Assembly (NCBI GenBank): GCA_043228905.1
Contig: JBHGNT010000003.1
Location: forward strand, 3,348,001 to 3,412,000
DNA from: Azolla caroliniana
Lineage: Eukaryota; Plantae; Polypodiophyta
Direction: 5' to 3'
DNA: 64,000 nucleotides
Of this stretch, positions 50,001-63,673 are shown piece by piece. A program made the translations under genes and the position numbers. Each line of letters opens with the position of its first letter. The first letter of the stretch is position 1. The notes below the pieces were generated by a model. That model was not told where the DNA came from, did not search any database, and saw only the letters and a program-made list of their open reading frames with translations.

Positions 50001-51253
50001 TATTTTATTACAAACAAAAGTTAAATAGGTCACAATATCTGTCTTGATACTATACATTCAAAAGGGAGTGCATATATATGCTGTCCTACATCTTTTGAGA
50101 CATAGCACGAATGTAATTTTGCAGGAGTGAAAACCGAAATGGTTATCTTGTATGTGTCAACCTACCAGCTAGTCTATTACCCACACAACACCATCTGAAG
50201 ATTGTAATAGCCAAGCTCAATATCCATAAGAGGATGACATACCCGATTGAAAAAATTGGAAAAAACACTGGACTTGAAGTTGTCAGTAAAGTGATAAATA
50301 CACTCACCAGAGACTGGATGCAAAGAATGCACTGATTGGCACAACACACGTGGCATATCTGCATTTTGCACAAGAAAATACAAGTCAAACATAGAGATCT
50401 AGCTACTTATAAGTGTAAACAATTCCACTGATCTTAAAATGGCTGCATACATTTCAACTGTCATTTTTGTTGGCGGCACAACCTGCATGGCCAATGGAAA
50501 TTGGTAAGATCAATAACAATATTTGAGAGAAATGGCTTACCATGTTTGCAATATCTTACTGCCTCTCAGCTTGTATTGTATTGAATTAGATATTAGCTCT
50601 TATGGGGCTCTTTAAAAAGCAAATGATAATAATGTGCATGCAAAACAGGACATTTTGAGAAGACAGTGCCTGGACACTAGTGATGAATTTCTTCAGAAAC
50701 TTCTGAAGGAGATGGATACATTAGAAATAATATTAAGCATGAAAAATTAGAAGAACCATGCTCCTTTATAGATTGATAAGAATTTCGTTATATCTGAAAT
50801 AAAGACTTTACAATAATTTTACAAACTAGGCTTTTCAAAAACAAAATACCTCTTTAAAAAAGCAATGCTAATAAATGCCATATATGGCTGTCTATACAAA
50901 ATACATCAAATAAAACTAGACCCAGCTCTATGAGGAAGTATTAACACCATTAATCCTGAAAGTGGCACACACCTTTATAACTCGGACAAGAATGAAAGCC
51001 ACTGCTCCAGAAAACACCATATGAATCATAGTAAGAGTAATAGGATATGGGAAGTTGAAATGCTTCGTAGAAAGTACCCACTGACATTGAAAGAAGGAAA
51101 TTCATAAGAGTGAGTAGGACCATGAAATTTTAGAACTCCTCAAATAACAAGTCAACTAATTTTCAATACCTTATTATACAATATCACTCCAGATGATAGT
51201 GAAATATAAATGAGTAAGTAAAAATATGTCAAGACCAGTGACTTGGTTATCAT
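47071..51253 (-). CDS. Nucleotide-sugar / sugar-phosphate:phosphate translocator (TPT/NST family, At3g17430/At1g48230-like), 9 coding exons, 375 aa, intact
   Basis: Exons 51253-51170, 51080-50973, 50482-50451, 50358-50308, 49835-49774, 49683-49422, 48242-47977, 47877-47771 and 47226-47071. All introns are GT-AG; total 1128 nt. Motifs VIVYNKWVL, FPYPITLTMIHM, FGNTAYLYISVAFIQMLKALMP, GVLKDW, DEEAPL. Confidence 0.95.
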
Positions 51254-54140
51254 TTTTATCTTGATAACTTAGTGTCCACTATCACGGTTCAATCAAATTT
51301 TATTATAGCGAATGGCATCCAGATCATCCCCTTAACCATGGACAAAATCACCTGCAGATAGTAGGAAGTATTGTTAAATCTTATAATAATCAACGCGGGA
51401 AAAGAAGACAGAAATTTTTTATCTCAAACTTTCTGTATTTTCACATCATCACTTTTTAGTAAAGCTGACTAATCATGCCTAGGAATATTTTCAAATCATC
51501 ATTCCCAAGACAATTGTTTGTACTCAGATATGCATTCAAATGAACAAGACAAACATGCAGACATAGTGACGTTCTCTCAGCACTGAGCAACTTCTACCAA
51601 TTTGGGAACCAATTAATAGTCATCAGAGCAACTTCGCAGCCCATATTCCATCCTTCAGAGAGTAGATCAACACTAACAAAAGAATTATCATTGTACATGT
51701 GATTGAACATTTCCAACGAGCTATTTATAGGCATCCCAAACATTGAAGTGCAAGATAGGGTGTAATACAGTTGTTCAAGAAAGCACTATACACTCAAGGA
51801 ATATCACAATCTGCAAGCATCCAGAAAAATATGTCAATGAGAAGAAAATGATCAAAATAAAATGTGGTGATGATAAAATTCTAAAAATATCACATAATGG
51901 CCTCCCAAACTTGACAGTTTAACACTCTTAGACAGCAATAATCCTACGTTTTAATCTACAATGCATCTTAAGTTTTACCAGGACACTATCATATATTTGA
52001 TGCTCTTCTTAAGATCTCTGTGGACAAACCTCAACTAATAAGGTTAGATAATGCACAATCTTCAAGACTTCTAATTTGTGGGTATGCCAATGGCATTGAA
52101 AATGCTGAACTTTCTTTTACAACTTCAGAAAGGACCAGTGATTCATACACGAAAAACTATACAAAAGACAAATATATTCATGAAATTAAACATCTTTCAA
52201 GGACTCTTACATATGAGATTGGAATCACATTGAAATTACATATTGTACATTTGAAGTTGATTTCATAATCTACATTGAGGGAGAGGGTGAATCAGTATAT
52301 ATATAGTTCAACACTTTGAGACCCCTTGAAAGTGCAAAATGTCTTGATTACCCTATCTCGCGAAAAATTATACAAAAGATGAATATATTCGTGAAATTAA
52401 AGGTCCTTCAAGTTCTCTTATGTGTGATATTGAAATCACATTGAAATTACAAATTTTACCTTCGAAGGTAATTTCTTAATCTACATTCTTCATGTCAAAA
52501 TATACATGAGGAGCAAAAGAGGTAGATAGTGAGTTGGTATGTTATATAGTCCAACATTTCAAGACCCCTTGAATGTGCAAAATGTTTCGATTTTCCTATC
52601 TCAATGACGAAGATATGTGAATATTCAGGCAAATTTTTGAGATGGACATTCTTTGAGGCCTCTAATCTATGAGATTAGAATAAACTGAGGAGTTCACAAA
52701 TGTTCTTCCTTTTTTCAGATCATCCATGGGAAAAACAATAAGGCACATGTTCCTCGAGACTTTCTGATCTATGGGATTATAATCACTCTAAAAATGCTAG
52801 GTTTTTTCATTTAATCTGACTCGTCAGTGATCAATGCCTGCTGATTTAGACAAATCAAGGTATCTTTGCAGGCACAATCCGTCAAGTATGATTAATGAGA
52901 CTAGGTATCACATTGACAGTACAAAATTCTTTCTTCTTTACCTGATGATGACATTAATCAGTTGATTTAGGAAAAAGACTATATCTTTGATATGTATTGT
53001 TTCCTGCGCATTCTTCCTTGAGGGCCCTGATCTGTGAGATAGAAGGAAACAAACTAATTTATTTACCTAGCTCAATGATAAGGATCTTCTATATATGCGA
53101 AAAAACTTGACAAACAAGGTATTGTTCAATGTTATCCATCCACATTCTTCCATTTCCTTTTTTAACTAGCTCAGAAAATGACGATGAGATTAACCTGATA
53201 ATATAGAGTTAAATGAGACTAGGCATCACGTTGATAGTACAAAATCCTTTCTTCTTTACCTGATGATGACATTAACCAGCTGATTTAGGAAAAAGACTAT
53301 ATCTTTGATATGTATTGATCTGTGAGATTGAAGGAAACAAACTAATTTATTTACCTGGCTCAATTATAAGGATCTTCTATATATGCAGAAAAACATGACA
53401 AACAAGGTATTGTTCAATGTTATCCATGTACATTCTTCCATTTCCTTTTTTAACTAGCTCAAAAAATGATGATGAGATTAACCTGATAATATAGAGCTAA
53501 ATGAATGTATTATGAAGGCTTTGTTTTCTTTCACATGTGCATTCTACTTCGAGAACTTTTTATCAGTAAGAGTAGAGATGACATTGTAAAATCTTATTTC
53601 TTGTAAACCTAGCTCAAGGACACGATGATAATGAACCTGCTAATTAAAATGCAAAAGAATGTATCTTTTGGAGGTATTTCTTTCACCATGTACATTTCTT
53701 CTTGGAGAACTCTGATTCTGTGAAACTAGAGATCACATTGAGAGTGCAGAAATCAAATTTCTGTTTTCTTTTTCACATTAGTTCGATGGTGATGGTGATG
53801 GTGATGGTGATGGTGATGGTGATGGCAATAACGGCAGTAAAAATGATGAAGATACTGGGGATGAAAGACGATGAGGATGACGATGGTAATGGTGATGGCG
53901 ACAGTGACGGTGATGATGACATTAACCTAGTGATTTTATCAAATGAACAACTGAAGTACAAAAACAGACAACATGAGAAAGAAGGAAGTCGGGCGTACCT
54001 AGTTTGAAAGAAGAAGATCCATGGAAGATCTGATCTGGGGGAGGCGTTTTCTCTGGTTGCAGAGAGATTGGTGAAGAAGAGAAGCAGAAGCAAAAAGACT
54101 GTCAGTCTCTCTGAACAAGAAGGAAAAAGAAGAAGTAGAA
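51254..54140 (-). other. Predicted 5' UTR of the translocator with a 2.6-kb leader intron (51352-53998)
   Basis: Acceptor TGCAG|G at 51352, donor AG|GTAC at 53998, CT-rich leader exon 53999-~54140. The intron holds degenerate 200-320-bp duplications and (GATGGT)n at ~53785-53825. Confidence 0.6.
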
Positions 54141-54169
54141 GTGCAGAGTGATAGAGTGTGCGAAAAAAC

Positions 54170-54620
54170 CTTTTTTATTTTTTATTTTTTATTTTTTATT
54201 TTTTATGTTTTATTTTTTATGTTTTGTTTTTTGTTTTTTGTTTTTTGTTTTTTGTTTTTTGTTTTTTATTTTATTTTTATTTTTTTGTTTTATTTTTTTG
54301 TTTTTTATTTTGTGCTTTTGTGTTCTAATTTTATTTTATTTTTCTTGTCTCTTTCTTTTCATTTTTTGTTTTTGCTACATATGTTCTATTTTTATTTTGT
54401 TTCATTTTTGTTTTTCTCACATCTTTATTTTATTTTATTTTTTATCTTCTATTTTTATTTTGTTTTTGTTTCTTTCTTTTCATTTTTGTTTTGACATTTT
54501 TATTTTATTTTATTTTTTATCTTTTATTTTGTTTTTGTTTTTGCTTTTCTTTTCTATTGGCTTTTTTTTAATTTTTCATATTTTTCATTTCATTCATTTG
54601 ATATTTTATATATTTACATT
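54170..54620. repeat. T-rich low-complexity tract
   Basis: TTTTA/TTTTG runs; the ORFs called here are composition artefacts. Confidence 0.9.
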
Positions 54621-57600
54621 TCTGGGCTTTACATTTTATTATGAAATTTTATGGTTATTGCTGGTTTTATTTGGTTGGATCAATGTGTTTTTTTCCTTTT
54701 TGGTCTTGGCTTCCTCCTGGGTGAACGACTTATCCAATGTTTTATTTCTGTTCTATGGGATCTTGTTTTCCACATGAAACCCTTTCACACCTCCTCAGTG
54801 CCTCTCAGGTTCACTGAGTCTAAGCTTTGCGGACAAACTCTCGGGTTTGGAGCTACCCGATTTTAGAAAGCAAAAAGGTCTTCGGATTGTGAACATGTTT
54901 TGTAAGATTTGAAACGAGGTTCCAAAAAGAGGATTGGTAAACGAGCTGATAGATGAAAATTCTCACGGCATGAACCACCTCGAAAGCATATTATTTAAGA
55001 TATTGCACATAAATGTAATTTGATGGGAACACCAATATTCAAGCTTCTTTAGACATCCAAATTTAAAGCAATGTAAAATATCAATATCATAATAGTTATA
55101 TCTTAAATATTAGTTTTCTTATAGGAAACTCAAAAAGCTAAAGCATGTATATCAAGTGGTGACACACGCTTAACCCCAAGTGCATGGGAAACCCTATCTA
55201 AGGGAATCTCATTATAAGGTTAAAAGGAGGGAAGGAGGAACATATGTCGATAAAGCTTTCTATTGTAGTATATAACTACACAAAGAGATTGATGTTTCCT
55301 TTTCTAATTAATAATATTGTTTTCTCTAGGTATCCTATCTTTGTTGTACATGAAGTCTTGCGTTCAAATCTATTATACAATTCTCACCCTAATCATCCAT
55401 ACCTCTTTTGTTTAGCTGATTTACTATTCTTGAGTTTTGCCTATCACATCCATCTACTAGAACACAAACTTTAGAGGTTCAACGCATGCACAAATTTGAC
55501 GTGCTCTACCACAACAATGATATGTTGATTTAAGGCATGTTTAGCATATGATGCCCTCTATGTAACTCCTTGTGATGCATTTGGATGATTGGGTCCTTTG
55601 TGAGCAACAATGTGATCAATCTAGATCAAATAAAGTGAAAGTTGGGTTATGAGCTTTAATATTATAGATAGGGTTTGATGCATAAATTCATTCTAGATGA
55701 CAAAACGAAGACTTGTTATTGTCTATCATTGTGCAATTGTGTGGCTCTCTTTATGAAGGCTACAAGATCTATAAAGTTTCAAAGCAAACATAGGTTGTTA
55801 AGATAAAATAATATTGGTAAGCAACGCAAAGTTTCTCATTGATCACTAACATCAGGGAAAATGGCTATGAAAATGCTTTCCCATGATAAAACATTATGCT
55901 TTTAATGGTTGCATACCTCTCGTAGCAAAATTCATTTGTAACCATGACTTGCCCAACTTCAAGTCAATATTGGGAGGAGGTTATTAAAAAATGTGGGCAA
56001 TGCCTTCTCTTTTTGTTGTCGTTGGAGCTTCTTTGCATACTATCAGTATCAAGCATAGTACGTAATATACTCAAATGCATTGGCAAACATTCTTTTTCGT
56101 ACGAATGCGTATGTTATCATTACATTCTTATGTTTTTTTTAACACTTCGTACCTTAACTTTGTCACCTTAAAAAAAACTTATAATAAATAATGAATACAA
56201 TAGTATGGTATTTACCGTACATTGAGGGTGTTTACCATACTCAATTATTAAAACCTTCTCAAATGCGAATGCACGTATAGTACATATGGTTCATACTATG
56301 TTGTCAAGGAGGAAAAATAATGAAGTATAACACATGAATTGTTGTTAATCATGTTTAAGAGAAAAATGCCATGCTATTAATAAGGGTTTTCACTTGATTC
56401 TTATTGTTCTCAATGAACATAGTTGGTCAACTACCAAAGAATATGACTTCTATTTTCTCTCATGACTTCTAAATGCACAAAATTTGATTTGAGTATATAT
56501 TACAAGTGAGATATGCAATGTACTAATCACATCCCCAATAGTTCTTTAGGGATGACTTGTCTAATCATTAAAGAATTCAATATTGTCAAAACTCCCTCAA
56601 TGTACGCTTCTAAAGGGTAATTAATATAAAGAGTTGTTGAATGCCAAAGGGAGTTCATTACACACAATGATACATTTATATGGAAACAAGTCATGGAGCA
56701 CAAGATTTGGTGCCAACTATTTGACATGCTTTTGTCATGATTGAGTTTAGATGACATTGATATTTCTAGTATGATATTCAAAGTAGGTTTAGCTAATTTT
56801 GTCAATAGGTGTTTCTCATCATGTATATATATTATAGACTATACATGCTTTCCATTTCAAGTTTATTTTGTCACAAACATTTTGATGCCTTAGTACTTAA
56901 GATGTCACAAAAGTATTTGTTCATACTATAATAGTCAGGACTATGTCTCTAGATCAATTGGTGTTATAAGGACCTTACATGCATTGTCTAACTAGGTATG
57001 GTATGCCTTGAGTGTTATACCATTGTGAAAAAAAATTCAACATATGTGATATAGAGAAGCCGAAACTCGTATAGCGTTTTACATATACAAATATGATTTC
57101 CACCTCCAAGTTTACATTATTGTAAGCATTGGTAGTGTCGCTGTTCATACTATAATAGTTAGGACTATGCCTCTAGATGAATTGGTGTTATAAAGAGCTT
57201 AAATGCATTTTCTAACTTGGTATGCTTCGTCTTGAGTCCCCTACCATTGCGAAAAAAAATCAATATATGCGATATAGACTTTGAAACTCAGATAGCATTT
57301 TACATCAGTCAAATATGGAAATTTGGCCTCTTTATGGATGATAAAAATTCTAACTATTGCAATCATTGTCAATGTCGGTGTATTTTAATTACAATGACAT
57401 GTGTTATAGGCATAACTTTATGAACCAATTCTATAGGTACTTTGAATGGTTTGAGGGTATGATATTTGGGAAATTGGTTATAATTGGATTTAGGACAACC
57501 CATAAGAACTCACGACACACAAGAACATGCAATGGCGTAGGAACCTCGAGTGTTCAGCTATATAATAGGGACTAGCTATCCTTTTCATTATGATGTCTCG

Positions 57601-58339
57601 AGGCACTATTGAGACATTGTTAGGGAGGCTAAGCTCTCTCTCGTTATTTGACATCCAAGGTAGTACTTGGTGGTATGGTACACCAAGGGTGCTTCATGTT
57701 TGTCTCACGCCCTTCACTCGAGGTTGATTTGCGGTTTCCTTGTTTCATTTTTCTCTTTGATATCTTATTCATTTTTGGTCATCATTAGTTTGATTCTCAA
57801 TGACATATTCATTGTTCTTGTGACAAATTGGGCTCATATGAGTCCAAATCATTTGTTGTAATAACAAGAGTCTTACATGTGAATTCTGGTTGTTACTTGT
57901 TCATACATTACGTGGTTAGTATGAAAGTTTCATAGGCAATGTTGATTCCATTTTCAGGAAGCAAATGCATTTTAAAAGGATATGGACCTCTATGCTCATT
58001 TTTAGGGAAGGTGGAGATCACATAATTTGGATGTATATTGTTCCCGTGATTTTGGGAAACAATGTCTACTAACTTTGTTTATGGACATTATGTTGTTACA
58101 GATTTTGGGTGCTATAGGTTACATTGAATGCTCAATTGCAGTTTGGGAGGAGTAGACGATAAAAATCTTGGAGATATGGTGTACAAATATGTGTTGTTCT
58201 TGCATATACACATCAAATTGACTATGAGGAATGGCACTGGAAAGTTGTTGCTACTACTGACTATGCTCAACAAATCGGCTATGATGAGAGTACAAGGGAA
58301 TCGATTAAAAACTTAAAACAGGGGAAATTTAAGAGAAAA

Positions 58340-58590
58340 GAAGAGAATGTCAAAAGAACATTTCAATGTTGTGTCATTTCTCAAAGCTTGTGCTTGGTGG
58401 AAGGATCTTTGTGAGGGTTCTAGAATACATGCATATATTGTGAGAAAAAGGGTTGCTGGAAAAAGCTCATATGTAGCAACTGTTTTGATCAGCATGTATG
58501 TTAAATGTGGCGCTCCTTTGAAAGCACAAAAACTGCTCGAAAAGTTGTCAAGCTGAAATGTTATATTGTGGAATGGTGTGATAGCTACAG
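58340..58590 (+). pseudogene. PLS-type pentatricopeptide-repeat (PPR) gene fragment
   Basis: VSFLKACAWWKDLCEGSRIHAYIV..VATVLISMYVKCGAPLKAQKLLEKL, followed by *NVILWNG. This is about 1.5-2 PPR motifs with no surrounding ORF. Confidence 0.75.
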
Positions 58591-59808
58591 GTGTACAACG
58601 ATTCCGATGTCCAAAGTATTATTTCAGCCATCTCTCATTGCCATGGAATCTGCAAATATCCATGAATCGAAAATGTTTTTAGGCCCCTTTCTCCTCATGA
58701 ATGGATGGATGAATTTATGGTTAGCATTAGCTTTGTTTTGGTGGGGTTCTTCTTCTTACCGAAACAACCATCAACTTTTGTATTGCTTATGATTTTATAA
58801 TACCAGGGTGTATCTTTTGTTTTAAAAAAAAGAGAGAATTGTAGATATGCTCCACCTTGAGCTACATACGAGCTTGAAAAACAATATACATGAAGTGGAG
58901 AATGAACCCCATCTAGCATCCTATCTGTTTTTTTGTATTTCATGCATATTATATATGCAATCCGCCTAAAGTAAATATTGTCATGAACATTGTTGGAATG
59001 TAAGCAAATTCTGCAAACACCAAACAAAGGTAAATGTGAATATGGAAACACAACACCGCGTCCAACAAAAACTTCGTCATATGCGGGAATAATCAATATT
59101 CTCAATAACATAGAAATCAATAAGGTAAGTACTTATGTCAACAACCATCCTGATGTCATTGGAAGTTTGAGGTAGATACAATGAAGGTAGCATTTTAATA
59201 CATAAACACCTCCACTTAGCATAGGTTCGATAAATAGTGAGGTAGTTTTTAATTCATGATAAGGGGGAAGAGGAAGAAATTGAAAGAGATCATTGAAGCC
59301 TCATAAATAGGTACAAACTCTCCTCTTTGCGGTTTGCCCCAATATGACCTTTCACAATGAAGTGTATTCATCAATACCGTGTAAGTTGGGCCCAAATGAT
59401 TCCCTATATTTGTCATAACAACGAGGGTCTCACACACGATATAATTCACAAAGTCGTGTTGCCAATACAAAAGGAGAAGCATTGTGATAACCAAATTTTG
59501 TCACAATTAGCTCCAATAAAAACAGGAATGGAGCACGTGCAGGGAAAATGTTGTGAAGGCAAAAAGCTAGAGAGAAGCACGAGCAAGAAAATCCACCGAT
59601 GAGCGAAAAACTAGGAACAATGCAAAGTTGGCACTCACCAAGGGAAACCATTGAAGCAAAACTAAGCAAAAAGGCGCAAAGAGTGAAACCGGACACAATG
59701 GAGACAAACAAGAAGAGCTAGTAAATCACGGACGAAAGTGATGTGGGTGTCACAAAGATTGAAAACCAAACACAACGGAACAAAACAGGAAGAGGTAGTG
59801 AAACACAA

Positions 59809-60278
59809 CGTTAGAGATCATTTCTAATGCAAGCATAAGACAAGGAAATATAAGATAGATAGATAAGAAAAGAGAGAGAAAGAAGGGTGCTTGATCCACC
59901 GATCCACCCTCGAGCAAAAGGATCGAGATGGACTTGAGCCTTGATCAACATCCCATACCACCGCCATGGCATCAAGTTGCACCTGGTACTAGCGCGCTTG
60001 CAATAAGAGTTTGTTCACTACAAAGATCACATTCTCGACGTAAGTCGAATGATATGTCTAACGAGGGTAGCTAAGCCTCATATTTATAGCCATACCTAAG
60101 GTCCTCATGCACGTTCGCACTTGGAAGGTTGTCTCAATTCCTAGGATTAAAAGTAATCCGCCATTCTTTACATGCTCGATTAACCCTCTCTCTCTCTCTC
60201 ACTCACACACACACACTTTATCCTCGTGTGTGTAGAATACTATAGTACAACTTACCGTGGGGTAAATTATGGTCACGG
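59809..60278 (-). mobile_element. Diverged LTR of the 31128-31583 family, in the LEO1 upstream region
   Basis: The reverse complement shares GGCTATAAATATGAGG, CTCRAGTCCATCTCGATCC, TAATCCTAGGA and CTCTAAC with 31128-31583. Confidence 0.8.
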
Positions 60279-60843
60279 GGGAAGCAAAGCAGGCGTCGCA
60301 AAGAGTGAAAACTAGACACAACGGGGACAAAACAGGAAGACGTAGCGAAACACGAAGGATACGAGCAAATCGGGCATGGGCGTGTGGCTGAACCGAAACG
60401 ACACGAGAGGAAAGGAAAGGAAAGGAAGGGACGAAAGGTGGACGGGGCGGGCCGGGACAAAACCCGGGGGTGTCTGGCCGGACAAAACGGTGGTGTCTTT
60501 TGGCCGGACAAACGAAGCGAGGGGAATGTCCGCCCGTCCGAGAGACATGAGGAAGTAGTGGAAGAGCCTGCCCGCCGGCGCCGGCGCCGGCGATGGCTAT
60601 GGCGGCGACGACGACAGAGGAACAGGGGCCGAACGAAAAACGAAGGGCGTTTGATTTGAACGAAGCTAAAAGCTATGGAGGATTGGGGATTCTTCTGCTA
60701 TCTCTGAGTCTGCTCTTCTCTGCTCTGCTTCCTGTCTCCCCTCTTCTCATTCCTCGCCTCCTTCGATTCCTGATTTTAGACCCTGCGCGCGCGGGAGAAA
60801 GAGAGACAGAGACAGAGACAGAGACAGAGAGAGAGAGCCTTCC

Positions 60844-63673
60844 ATGGCGGGAGAGAAGCGCCACGAGATGATGGAGACGCTCTTCGGAGCCGAATCCGAG
60901 GACTCTGAAGACGACGTAGACGTCGAAGACGGCTCCGGCGACGGCTCCGGCGATGGAGGCGGCAGCGAAGACGACGACGCTGCCATCAATCCCCCCTACT
61001 CTGTAAGAAACCCCATTCCTAACCTAGTAATCTTGTGGTGCCATGGAAACCTCCGTTATTCTCCCTTCTCACTGTCTTTCGATCTCTCTCTGTTGTCTGC
61101 TCTTTTTTTTTTCGCGAGGAAAGCACCACACAGGAAATATCACAGTTAATGCTCACAGTATGATAACTCGATTGGCCGTCCATACTGTGCAGACATGGCG
61201 ATGATCTTAGCTTTATGCTTTTCCCTAATTTGGTTCTCAGATCACTTAAAAGATACACATTCATTGTGACCTCGTGTGCTACCGTTTCTCGTAACACCTA
61301 TACTTACCGGCACAGTTCATCCTAAGTGAAGACACGGCAATCTTTTAGATTCTGATTCCAGGTAGATTACAAAATCATCTATTCTCATATGGGAAAGACG
61401 ATCAAAACACTGCATACTAACAGCACCATACTCGGAAATAACACCCATTACTCTCTGTAGGCTCAGAGACCTTATGTGTATATATTCATGAGTAAATCTG
61501 ATCATGTCCGTATAAGGATAGGTTACTCAGAGAATTATGCTAAATCTTTGTGAGTTAACGATCTATGTAACTATACTAATGCATTCTTCCTTGAGTATTT
61601 CTGTCGTTTCTTCCTCCTTCTCTTGAACCTTATTGTTCATAGCCAGAGAATTTTCTGATTGGATTATTTCAAATTTTTCGTTGTTTGTTTCGAAGTGTTG
61701 ATCTGTGATTTAATCTTGTGTGTACAAGGATGACGAGGTTGAAGGGGGTGGAGAAATTGATGTGGAAAGTGAAGGGGAAAGAGTCGGAAGCGAACTTGAG
61801 CGAGAGGAAAGTGAAGCAGAGAGAGAAGAGAGCGATGCCGAGCATAGCTATGGCGAGGTGGACCAGCAAGAGAAGAGATCCATAGCCTCAGAAAGAAGAA
61901 GGGCTCCACAACAAGTGAGTGTCAGTGGCTCTGATCAATCCCACGAGGTTGCACAAGGTTCAGAGCAAGAAGAAGATGAAGTTGAAGGTCAATTCCATCG
62001 CAGAAGGCACCATCAAGATGATGATGACGATGATGAAGATGAAGTCGAACAAATCCGCGAGCAAAGGTAAACCCTGAGAGAATGTAAAAATGAATTAGAT
62101 CTTATTTTTAACATTGCATGTTTTGTTGAGATTGCATAGAAATAAATGTGTGGTTCTCTTAATCTTTCTCATGAAGTTGAACACCGAATAATGGTTCATT
62201 TTAGTGCTATTTCAATATATACCCATGTTTCAAAATTCCTACCATAAAATTAAAAAAAGTGAAACTCAGCTATGAAACATATGTTTTGACAAAAGCAAAA
62301 ATGCTTTGTATTATTATTATTGCTGCTGTTGTTTTACATGCTTAGAAAAGTAAAAAAATTACATGGTAGAAAACTGTAATTCATTATAGATACCATATAC
62401 TGAATACATCAACATAACGGAAGTTTAAATAATGATTGGTGAAGGTTGAATCGTTACTAAAAAGGACCATATAAGTCATCAAATAAATTCAGAGAAGGTC
62501 TCATTATTCATGATATAATTGCAAATGTTCCTAATCCTTACTCTTAGATACTCTAAGGTACCCACACAGATGCTTGGAGTTGTGTAGACAGGTTCTATGC
62601 TTCCCCATGGAAAAGAAAGAAGAAAAAACGTGTCTTTATATTGCTTGCCATTTACATTGTCTGTATTGGGATGCTTCCTGAGTCATATGCCATAACAATC
62701 TACATATGCATTCTTTGTTGGATTCTTCAATATGTATTGTGCTGGAACGCAGTCTTTTTGTTTATATTTCAATTAAATGATCTACATCTAGTTTGGATGT
62801 CAGTGAACACACCTTGCAACTCAGTTGAAGGCTGACGATCTGCATTCCTATCATTTGAGAAAACTAGCAATGACCAATGCCTATGTATATAGGTTGTTAA
62901 TATTTCCCTCCTTTTAAAATTTTATCATTACTACCAGTTGGAATGGCCTAAAACTTAGGGCTGAGCTGAAACTTGAAAGTAAACTTCGATTGATTCGATG
63001 ATCCCTGCCATGGGGCCTATAAATCTTTTGAAGCTTAAATTTATTTCTGTAGTGATGAAGGTGATGATAATAAAGCAGCTGATGGCCTATAAATCTTTTG
63101 AAGCTTAAATGTATTTCTGTAGCGATGAAGGTGATGACAATAAAGCAGCTGATGGAGTTGCTGAGATGCGTGATGTATTCGGTGACTCTGATGAAGAAGA
63201 ACAAGAACCTGAGTATCAACACCATGATGGAGCACAGGAGGAAGAGGAGGTTAGGGTATTCATTTTTTGATGCAACATGTTTTGTTTTTTGAACAGATAT
63301 ATCTATTTTTTCTATCAAGCATCAATGATTGTTTTGAATAGTTATTCGTATCTTGCTCTCTTTTCTATATTGTCTAGATGAGCATCTGGAATAGATATTT
63401 GTATCTTTCTCTCTCATTTTTTACATCCCAAAGATGACTGTGGTGGATAGTTATTTGTGCCTGTCTCTTGTTTTCTGCATCCTGTAGATGAGTGGCTCAG
63501 ACGATGAAGCTTTACCGAGAGGTAATATGCCAGAAGACATTGTGGCTGAACATGAAGAACAGTATGAATCAGAGGAAGAACAACCAGCAGAGCGTCGAGT
63601 ACGGGAAAGGCCAGTGGGCCCTCCTCTAGATATTGACATTCCTTTTTACACCCATCCTGGATCTTCAGACAAG
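60844..63673 (+). CDS. VIP4: PAF1 complex subunit LEO1 / VERNALIZATION INDEPENDENCE 4, first four exons (gene continues beyond the window)
   Basis: Exons 60844-61002, 61729-62066, 63123-63249 and 63488-63673 splice in frame. N-terminus MAGEKRHEMMETLFG, acidic tract, MRDVFGDSDEE and RERPVGPPLDIDIPF..PGSSDK match plant LEO1. Confidence 0.88.

Noticed and set aside
53702-54093. ORFs with MVMVMV / ITITIT and acidic runs
   Set aside because: Produced by a (GATGGT)n microsatellite in the leader intron.
54141-54777. Phe-rich 'membrane protein' ORFs
   Set aside because: Translation of a T-rich low-complexity tract.
59480-59810. PBS-like TGATAACCA next to TGTCACA, suggesting another LTR element
   Set aside because: Too degenerate; no partner LTR, TSD or coding remnant could be established.
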